The position numbers and the translations under genes were made by a program. The notes under the pieces were generated by a model. The model did no database searches. It was not told where the DNA came from and was given only the letters and a program-made list of their open reading frames with translations. Source: an uncultured Victivallaceae bacterium (GTDB lineage: Bacteria > Verrucomicrobiota > Kiritimatiellia > UBA8416 > CAYSRM01). Taken from it: 41,228 nt of DNA. Where the stretch lies: NCBI GenBank assembly GCA_964440205.1, contig CAYTRK010000001.1, positions 1 to 41,228 on the forward strand, written 5' to 3'. Positions 33,346-40,424 of this stretch are shown here, piece after piece; within the stretch, counting starts at the first letter, position 1, and each line of letters opens with the position of its first letter.

Positions 33346-34542
33346 TCAGGGAACCATTTTTTCCAGGAAAGATCCTCTGCAGCAATGGTTGGAACTCATC
33401 GAACTTCCATAGCCGCCCGCGTTTAGCAAGGCGAGATAATCACCCTCTTTGACAGGTGAAAGCAAGATATTCCTGCCGAAAACATCAAGTGCTTCGTTGA
33501 TATTGCCTGCTATTGTTACTCTTTGCTTTGAGCCGGGACGCGGCCGGCAGGGCACAACATGCAGGGGAAGGTTGTAGAAGGCGGGTTCGATATGTATATT
33601 AAAACCTGCGTTTACGCCCACAAAAAGCGTATCTTGTCGCTGTTCTACGGTGTTTATCTGTACGATAAGGATTCCTGCGTCTTTGACAATGTAGTCGCCG
33701 GGTTCCACCCATAAGTTGACTTCTCTGCGCTGTAAATGTTTCTCCATAAGGGAGGACCATGCTTCAAGGTCCAGCGGTTTATCATTTTGGCTGAGTGGAA
33801 CGCCGAGGCCGCCGCCTATGTTCAAGTGATCAACATCGGGGAACATGTTGATGAAAGAAAGCAGTCCCTGCAGTATGCTCTCCATATTGTCAAGGTCGCC
33901 GTTCAGATAGCCGCAGCCGCAGTGAAAATGAATGCCTGATATTTTAAGCCCGTGATTTTCGGCCAGATCACGTGCTTCCTCAATACGGTCGTAATATATG
34001 CCGAATTTAGTCGTATTGCCGCCCGAATATCTCAGGAGTTTGTTCTGTTGATAACCAAGGCCGATGTCCGGGTTGATTCTGATTCCGATGGAACGGGGGC
34101 CGCCGATGGCGGCAAATCTGCGCATCATGCTCAGGGAATCGCAGTTCACGTATATATCCGGCTTGCCGGAAAGGAAGCGAAGATCGGCATCGGAAAGGGA
34201 TGTTCCCGTATAAGATATATCCTGTTCCTTAAACCCGCAGGCCAGCGCCAGCTTGACTTCGCCGGGCGAGCAGGCATCAATACCGCATAGATCCGTATGC
34301 TTTATAAGGTCCAGGACTTTTTCAAAGCGATTGGCTTTCATGGCATAAAACAGCCTGAAATCAAGGGTACGCTTCTTTAATGCTTTTGTGAGTCTTTCAA
34401 TATTTTCCTGGATGCGCTTTCTGCTATATAAATAGAGTGGTATTCCGGCCTGTGCAGCGAGTTCATCAGGTCGTATTCCGTCGAAAAACAGTCCATGTTC
34501 GTCGAGGCCTAATTCAGGCTTTTGCCACCATTGATTGTTCAT
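33346..34542 (-). CDS. PLP-dependent group IV decarboxylase (Orn/DAP/Arg decarboxylase fold; LysA/NspC-like, substrate unknown)
   Basis: 398 aa. PLP-Lys motif RLFYAMKANRFEKV, then HLNIGGGLGVP, WVEPGDYIVKDAG and NAGGYGSSMSSNHCCRG. Confidence 0.9.
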   Translation of the reverse strand: MNNQWWQKPELGLDEHGLFFDGIRPDELAAQAGIPLYLYSRKRIQENIERLTKALKKRTLDFRLFYAMKANRFEKVLDLIKHTDLCGIDACSPGEVKLALACGFKEQDISYTGTSLSDADLRFLSGKPDIYVNCDSLSMMRRFAAIGGPRSIGIRINPDIGLGYQQNKLLRYSGGNTTKFGIYYDRIEEARDLAENHGLKISGIHFHCGCGYLNGDLDNMESILQGLLSFINMFPDVDHLNIGGGLGVPLSQNDKPLDLEAWSSLMEKHLQRREVNLWVEPGDYIVKDAGILIVQINTVEQRQDTLFVGVNAGFNIHIEPAFYNLPLHVVPCRPRPGSKQRVTIAGNINEALDVFGRNILLSPVKEGDYLALLNAGGYGSSMSSNHCCRGSFLEKMVP

Positions 34543-34680
34543 GTTTAATTAAATCAGAGAAACTCAAGCAACTTTGCTTGACCTTTTGATCACCTATTGA
34601 TATTTCCTAGTGGCTACATATGTTATTCTCTGCAAGGGATGATCTCACAGTGAAAACCATAAATCAAGGGAGATAGTAGA

Positions 34681-36501
34681 ATGAAAACTGGTTTCTCGAT
34701 TTCAGACACAATTGCCGGTTATGTTGCGTCCTCTGATCCTAAGAGCAGAAAGTTCAAGCTGAAGACAAGTGACGATCGGGAATTCGAGGTGCTTATTACT
34801 GATGCGACGTATGCCTACATGGTCATGAACTTTGGCGACGACTGGAAGGACTGCATGGGGGACATTGCTGACCGGCTTGTCGCGGGCGCTTTTATTTTTG
34901 TGCATGGTTTCTTTTATCCCGATGCTGATGGAGAGTTTGAAGCCAAGTGGCTGGTATTTAATGGTGACAATCCTGGGGGCTACCGTCATATGGAGCAGGA
35001 TTGGTGGATCAGGCAGATCAGCGCCATTGCTTCAAAATACATCGAGTGGCAGTTCGACTATCCGGAGAAAGATATTGATTACAACAATTACAGGACAAAG
35101 CTGCATGTCAACGGCCAGAAATTAGGTGACGGCATTCAGGAGGTTGACACGATCTCCAGGATGACATACGGCATGGCCTCGGCCTACATGCTGACAGGTG
35201 ATGAGAAATTCCTTGAAGCAGCGGAGAAGGGAACCAATTACCTGCGTGATCATGCGCGCTGTACAGACAAGGAAGACATTGTTTACTGGCTGCATGCTGT
35301 CGAGAAGAAAGAGGACGGTAGTGAGGAGAAGATGCTGTGTTCTCTCTTTGGCGATGACTACGGGACCATACCGGTATATGAACAGATATACGCGCTTGCA
35401 GGACCGATTCAAACGTACCGCTTGACGGGCGATCCGCAGATTCTTGATGACGCCGACAAGACCATTGCGTTGTTTGACAACTACTGCAAGGACAAAGAGA
35501 AGGGCGGCTACTGGTCGCATATCGATCCGGAGACATTCAGTTGCACGGCGGAGAAGCTGGACGAGACTAATAACCGCGCCAGGAAGAACTGGAACTCGGT
35601 GGGCGACCACGCTCCGGCTTATCTTATCAACCTCTGGCTTGCCACGGGTGATGATAAATATGCGGATTTTCTTGAATACACTTTCGATACGATCGAAAAA
35701 CACTTTCCGGATTATGATGAGAGCCCGTTTGTACAGGAGAAATTCTTTGATGACTGGAGTAAAGACCAGACATGGGGCTGGCAGCAGAACAGAGCGGTTG
35801 TCGGGCACAATCTGAAAATTGCCTGGAACCTTATGCGAATGAATAGTCTCAGGGCTAAGGATTCGTATGTTGCTCTTGCCCGGAAGATCGCTGACCTGAT
35901 GCCTGATGCAGGCTGTGACAGACAGAGGGGCGGTTGTTATGACGTGGTGAGTCGCACTCTTGAAAAGGGACAGAAGCAATATCGCTTCACGTGGCACGAC
36001 AGGAAGGCCTGGTGGCAGCAGGAACAGATGATACTTGCCTACCTTATCCTTTACGGCATTCTTGGTGACGATGAGTACGGTAAGCACGCTGTTGAATCGG
36101 CGGCTTTCTATAATGCCTTCTTTCTTGACCTGGCAGATGGCGGAGTTTACTTCAACGTTTTGGCAAACGGACTTCCGTATCTTTGCGGAACGGAGCGACA
36201 CAAGGGCAGTCATTCCATGAGCGCATATCATTCCACGGAACTCTGCTTCCTGGCGGCTGTTTACACAAACCTTCTCATTACAAAGAAGCCGATGGATTTT
36301 TATTTCGCGCCGAAGTCGAACGGATTTAAGGATGGGATACTGCGGGTGTCTCCGGACATACTTCCTGCCGGCAGTATTAAGATTACGAGCGTGGAGATAG
36401 ACGGTAATGCGTATGATGATTACGATGCAGAGGGGCTGACCGTTAAGCTTCCGGAGACGGAGTCAAATCTCCGCGTCAAGGTTACTGTCTCTCCCGTGTA
36501 A
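34681..36501 (+). CDS. AGE-superfamily (N-acylglucosamine 2-epimerase-like, alpha/alpha-6 barrel) protein with extra N- and C-terminal domains
   Basis: 606-aa ORF. KAWWQQEQMILAYLILYGILGDDEYGKHAVESAAFYNAFFLDLADGGVYF and VGHNLKIAWNLMRM resemble AGE-family helix-pair motifs. The family call comes from pattern recognition only. Confidence 0.6.
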   Translation: MKTGFSISDTIAGYVASSDPKSRKFKLKTSDDREFEVLITDATYAYMVMNFGDDWKDCMGDIADRLVAGAFIFVHGFFYPDADGEFEAKWLVFNGDNPGGYRHMEQDWWIRQISAIASKYIEWQFDYPEKDIDYNNYRTKLHVNGQKLGDGIQEVDTISRMTYGMASAYMLTGDEKFLEAAEKGTNYLRDHARCTDKEDIVYWLHAVEKKEDGSEEKMLCSLFGDDYGTIPVYEQIYALAGPIQTYRLTGDPQILDDADKTIALFDNYCKDKEKGGYWSHIDPETFSCTAEKLDETNNRARKNWNSVGDHAPAYLINLWLATGDDKYADFLEYTFDTIEKHFPDYDESPFVQEKFFDDWSKDQTWGWQQNRAVVGHNLKIAWNLMRMNSLRAKDSYVALARKIADLMPDAGCDRQRGGCYDVVSRTLEKGQKQYRFTWHDRKAWWQQEQMILAYLILYGILGDDEYGKHAVESAAFYNAFFLDLADGGVYFNVLANGLPYLCGTERHKGSHSMSAYHSTELCFLAAVYTNLLITKKPMDFYFAPKSNGFKDGILRVSPDILPAGSIKITSVEIDGNAYDDYDAEGLTVKLPETESNLRVKVTVSPV

Positions 36502-36554
36502 GGAATAATGCAACAGACTTCTTCTCCGAAACGGCGGAAGAATGAAAGGAAATT

Positions 36555-36890
36555 ATGAAAATAGAAAACAGAGAGAAGGATGGCATTGCGATCGTATCTA
36601 TATCGGGCGAAATAGACAGCAAGACGGCTCCAGATGCGCAGGAAAAGCTTCTGCCCCTGGTGGATCAGTATCACTCGATGATTATGGATCTTAACGATCT
36701 CACTTTCATGTCCAGCGCCGGCCTGAGGATTATGCTTCTGCTGTACAGACATGCTACCGCCCAGAGCGGGAAAGTGGCTCTCGTCGGTTTGTCCGAGCAG
36801 ATACAGGATACGATGTCGGCTACCGGGTTTCTGAGTTTCTTTGATTTATCAGACAGCATTGACGAAGCTATGGACGCTGTTAAAGAATGA
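36555..36890 (+). CDS. STAS-domain anti-sigma-factor antagonist (RsbV/SpoIIAA-like)
   Basis: 111 aa. IAIVSISGEIDSKTAPDAQEKL...MIMDLNDLTFMSSAGLRIMLLLY carries the conserved phosphorylatable-Ser context, then KVALVGLSEQIQDTMSATGF. Confidence 0.9.
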   Translation: MKIENREKDGIAIVSISGEIDSKTAPDAQEKLLPLVDQYHSMIMDLNDLTFMSSAGLRIMLLLYRHATAQSGKVALVGLSEQIQDTMSATGFLSFFDLSDSIDEAMDAVKE

Positions 36891-36900
36891 GGAATATTCT

Positions 36901-39021
36901 GTGGACACACGTATAGATTTTTATCCTACTCACGAACACGACGGGTTTAAATTGCGGTTGGGGAAGCCGTATCCTTTTGGGGCCACTCTGGTTCCGAACG
37001 GTGTTAATTTTTCTATCTTCTCAAGGAATGCTACGTCATGTACACTTGTTCTTTTCGAGAAACATGCTGACAAGCCGTTAGTGGAAATTCCTTTCAGGGA
37101 GTCGTTTCGCATAGGCAACGTTTACTGCATGGTAGTGTTCGGCCTGGATTGCGAGGACATCGAATACGGGTATCGCATGGAAGGTTCTGACGACCCAGAC
37201 AAGGGCCATCGTTTTGATCCCGGCAAGATTCTGCTTGATCCCTATGCTAAGGCTATAGGTGGGCGTGATGAATGGGGGCAGCAGCCCGACTGGGATAATG
37301 TGTTTCCGCATCGCGGTCGGCTTGTGTTTGAAGATTTCGATTGGGAGGATGACAGGGCTCTCGAGATACCCAACGAGGATCTGATCATATATGAGACGCA
37401 TGTACGCAGTTTTACCCGGCATGACAGTTCCGGGGTCAAGCATCCCGGCACATACGCCGGCATTATGGAAAAGATACCTTATCTCAAAGAACTGGGCATA
37501 AATTGTCTTGAGCTGATGCCTGTTTTTGAATTTGATGAATTTGAGAACAGCAAGGAAAACCCTGTTACCGGCGAGACCAATTACAACTATTGGGGGTACA
37601 GTACGGTAGGTTTCTTTGCTCCTAAGGCCGGGTATGCCGCCACGGGCATGTTAGGTATGCAGGTCGATGAATTGAAGAACATGGTCAAGCAGCTGCATAA
37701 GAACGGCATCGAGGTGATGCTTGATGTGGTGTTTAATCATACAGCTGAAGGTAATGAGAAGGGGCCGACGATTTCTTTCAGGGGCATAGACAATAGCACG
37801 TACTACATGTTGACGCCCGAGGGTTACTATTTCAATTTCAGTGGATGCGGGAATACGCTGAACTGTAACAACCCGATTGTCAGGAATATGGTTCTGGATT
37901 GCCTGCGCTACTGGGCATCCGAGTACCACATTGACGGGTTTCGTTTTGATCTTGCCGCGATACTGGGGCGGGATCCCTGGGGCGCGCCTCTGCCCAATCC
38001 GCCCTTGCTTGAGACGCTGGCTTTTGATCCGGTTCTTGGGAAGTGTAAGCTGGTGGCCGAAGCATGGGATGCTGGTGGATTGAACCAGGTGGGGAGGTTC
38101 CCCTCGTACGGCCGCTGGGCAGAGTGGAATGGCGAGTTCAGGGATGACCTGCGCCGTTTCCTGAGGGGTGAAGAAGGGTTGGTAGGAAGGCTGGCTCAGC
38201 GTGTACAGGGATCTCCTGACATGTATCGCCAGGCCAACAGGGGGCCGACGGCTTCTATAAATTTTGTTACATGCCATGACGGATTCACTCTCTATGACTG
38301 TGTTTCCTACGATGGCAAGCACAACGAGGCAAACGGTGAGGATGGTCGCGATGGTAGTGACGACAACCTGAGTTGGAACTGTGGCGTTGAGGGCGAGACA
38401 GAGGATACTGCCGTTAAGGATCTTCGTAAACGCCAGATCAAGAATGCTGTAACAATGCTGATGGTCAGCCACGGGGTGCCCCTGATATTGATGGGGGATG
38501 AGGTGGGCAGGACACAATACGGCAATAACAATACTTACTGCCATGACAACGAGCTTAACTGGCTTGACTGGGGGCTTGTGGAGAAGAACGGCGAGCTGCT
38601 CGATTATTTCAAGAAAATGATCATGTTCAGGCGAGCGCACCCGGTGCTTCGTCCGGCGGAGCATCCCCGGAACTGTGATTATGTCGGCAGTGGGCTGCCG
38701 GACATTTCGTGGCATGGTGTGCAGGCGTGGAATGCTGACTGGGCGGGGTGTTGCCGCGTGCTCGCGTTTATGATGGACGGCAAGCATGCCAAGAGCGGAT
38801 CGATTGAGGACAATACAGTGTACGTTGCTGTCAACGGTTACTGGGATTGTCTGCCGTTTGAACTGCCTGGCGCCCCGCATGGCAAGCAATGGTACAACTT
38901 TGCAAATACTTCCCTGCCCTCACCTGATGATATTTGTGAGGTGGGCAATGAAATCAAACTGGACAGCCAGAAGGAATACCTCGTCGGAGGCCGTTCGGTT
39001 GTTGTGCTTATAGCAAAATAG
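36901..39021 (+). CDS. glgX: Glycogen debranching enzyme (GH13 isoamylase-type)
   Basis: GH13 regions GIEVMLDVVFNHTAEG, IDGFRFDLAAILGR, LVAEAWD and INFVTCHDGFTLYD, plus the N-terminal CBM48-like GATLVPNGVNFSIFSRNATSCTLVLF. There is no in-frame ATG. I chose GTG 36901 (GAGGA 7 nt upstream); the track uses TTG 36841, which would overlap the STAS gene by 50 nt. Confidence 0.93.
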   Translation: MDTRIDFYPTHEHDGFKLRLGKPYPFGATLVPNGVNFSIFSRNATSCTLVLFEKHADKPLVEIPFRESFRIGNVYCMVVFGLDCEDIEYGYRMEGSDDPDKGHRFDPGKILLDPYAKAIGGRDEWGQQPDWDNVFPHRGRLVFEDFDWEDDRALEIPNEDLIIYETHVRSFTRHDSSGVKHPGTYAGIMEKIPYLKELGINCLELMPVFEFDEFENSKENPVTGETNYNYWGYSTVGFFAPKAGYAATGMLGMQVDELKNMVKQLHKNGIEVMLDVVFNHTAEGNEKGPTISFRGIDNSTYYMLTPEGYYFNFSGCGNTLNCNNPIVRNMVLDCLRYWASEYHIDGFRFDLAAILGRDPWGAPLPNPPLLETLAFDPVLGKCKLVAEAWDAGGLNQVGRFPSYGRWAEWNGEFRDDLRRFLRGEEGLVGRLAQRVQGSPDMYRQANRGPTASINFVTCHDGFTLYDCVSYDGKHNEANGEDGRDGSDDNLSWNCGVEGETEDTAVKDLRKRQIKNAVTMLMVSHGVPLILMGDEVGRTQYGNNNTYCHDNELNWLDWGLVEKNGELLDYFKKMIMFRRAHPVLRPAEHPRNCDYVGSGLPDISWHGVQAWNADWAGCCRVLAFMMDGKHAKSGSIEDNTVYVAVNGYWDCLPFELPGAPHGKQWYNFANTSLPSPDDICEVGNEIKLDSQKEYLVGGRSVVVLIAK

Positions 39022-39029
39022 AGGTCTCT

Positions 39030-39449
39030 ATGAAGACGCAGACTTTTCCCGGGGTGCTTGATTCACTGACGCCCGTTCGAGACTTTGTCAAAGCTTCGGC
39101 GCTTGAGGCCGGACTTTCGGAACCGTCTGTCTACAAGTTGATTCTTGCGGTCGACGAGCTGGTCACCAACTCAATTAAGTACGGTTATGCCGACAACAAC
39201 ATCAGCGGTGATATTGTGGTGGCCGTTGACTGCGATGGTGATGAATTTGTGGTAACTCTGGAAGACACGGCTCCGCCTTTTGATCCGCGCGAGAGCTCTC
39301 TTCCGACAAAGGACGATATGGCAGCGCCCCTTGATGAGCGTGACATCGGAGGGCTTGGAATATTTCTGGCCATGAGCGAGGTCGACCGTTTTGATTACCG
39401 CAGAACCGGGACCTCTAATGTTAGTGAACTCGCGATGCAGATCGAATAA
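39030..39449 (+). CDS. RsbW/SpoIIAB-like anti-sigma-type serine protein kinase (HATPase_c_2)
   Basis: 139 aa, 8 nt after the glgX stop. N-box DELVTNSIKYGY, G-box-like DIGGLGIFLAMSEVD, and the size typical of this family. Confidence 0.85.
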   Translation: MKTQTFPGVLDSLTPVRDFVKASALEAGLSEPSVYKLILAVDELVTNSIKYGYADNNISGDIVVAVDCDGDEFVVTLEDTAPPFDPRESSLPTKDDMAAPLDERDIGGLGIFLAMSEVDRFDYRRTGTSNVSELAMQIE

Positions 39450-39468
39450 CAAAAAAGGAGAATGAGTG

Positions 39469-40035
39469 ATGCCTGCAGATGCTAAGAAGGTGGGTATATT
39501 GATTGAGTCTGATTTCTATGAACCCGAAATATGGTACTATGAACGGCGCTTTGCGGAAGAGGGCATGGATGTTCATTTTATGACCAGACTGTGGGGCTGT
39601 GAATCGATCACATTTACGGGGCATGAACATCGGGCGCCCTTTGAATGCGGGGAGTCTTTTGAGGACATCAGCGACGGAGACCTCGATGAATACTCGGCGA
39701 TAATAGTGCCTGCCGGAATGGTGTCCGATCGGCTTCGCTATACTGAAGATGTCAATAAAGTTCCGCCTGCTACAGAGTTTCTTGCAAAGGCATTTGCAAA
39801 TAAAAACATAATCAAGGGGGTTATATGTCACGGGATGTGGCTCGTTGCTCCGCTGCCCGAGCTGGTTAAAGGCCGGCGCGTTACCGTGCACAATAATCTG
39901 CTCGGTGATGCAAAGGCGTATGGCGCCGAGTATGTGGACGAAGATGTAGTTGTGGATGGTGACCTTGTGACGGCTAGGACGGGCGGGGACTGCCATATGT
40001 TTGCGAGGAAGATAATAGAACTGGTGTCAAAATAA
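39469..40035 (+). CDS. DJ-1/PfpI family protein
   Basis: ATG 39469 with AAGGAG 8 nt upstream (the track uses GTG 39466). Nucleophile elbow GVICHGMWLVAP, and SAIIVPAGM. Confidence 0.88.
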   Translation: MPADAKKVGILIESDFYEPEIWYYERRFAEEGMDVHFMTRLWGCESITFTGHEHRAPFECGESFEDISDGDLDEYSAIIVPAGMVSDRLRYTEDVNKVPPATEFLAKAFANKNIIKGVICHGMWLVAPLPELVKGRRVTVHNNLLGDAKAYGAEYVDEDVVVDGDLVTARTGGDCHMFARKIIELVSK

Positions 40036-40055
40036 ATTTTAGAAGGAGAGAAGTC

Positions 40056-40424
40056 ATGGCTGTAAAAGCGAAAAAGGCGGACGGAAAGCTGAAGAAGAAA
40101 ACAGTTGCAAAACCTAAAAAGAAAACAGATGCAGGTTCTAAGAAAAAGGCAGATGGCAAGAAAGACAACGGGAAGGCTGTGACTTTCAGTGTGATTGCCG
40201 ATAAGGGCTCAAGTGTCTACGTTGCCGGCACCTTCAACGGATGGAATGAGGAAGTCGACAAGCTTTCTTACGGAAACGGCAAGTATTCCGTCAGACTGTG
40301 TCTTGAGCCGGGGCGTCACGAGTACAAGTTTATCATTGACGGAGCCTGGCACGCCGATCCGGAATGTCATGAATGGTCTCACAACGATCTGGGGTCAGTA
40401 AATAGCGTAATCTTTGTTGATTGA
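40056..40424 (+). CDS. Lys-rich tail + CBM48/AMPK-beta-type glycogen-binding module
   Basis: 122 aa with GAAGGAGAG RBS. Residues 1-40 are ~40% Lys (KAKKADGKLKKKTVAKPKKKTDAGSKKKADGKK). They are followed by VTFSVIADKGSSVYVAGTFNGWNE...GRHEYKFIIDGAWHADPE. Confidence 0.8.
   Translation: MAVKAKKADGKLKKKTVAKPKKKTDAGSKKKADGKKDNGKAVTFSVIADKGSSVYVAGTFNGWNEEVDKLSYGNGKYSVRLCLEPGRHEYKFIIDGAWHADPECHEWSHNDLGSVNSVIFVD

Noticed and set aside
33346-34542. Assigning the decarboxylase the symbol lysA.
   Set aside because: The motifs fit the whole group IV decarboxylase family (LysA, NspC and others), and the context is not lysine biosynthesis. I left the symbol blank.
35122-38889. Very long antisense ORFs (369 aa at 35122..36231; 412 aa at 37651..38889) opposite the AGE-like and glgX genes.
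   Set aside because: The glgX sense frame contains all GH13 signature regions. The antisense products are Val/Arg/His/Pro-rich without motifs, so these are a codon-composition artefact.
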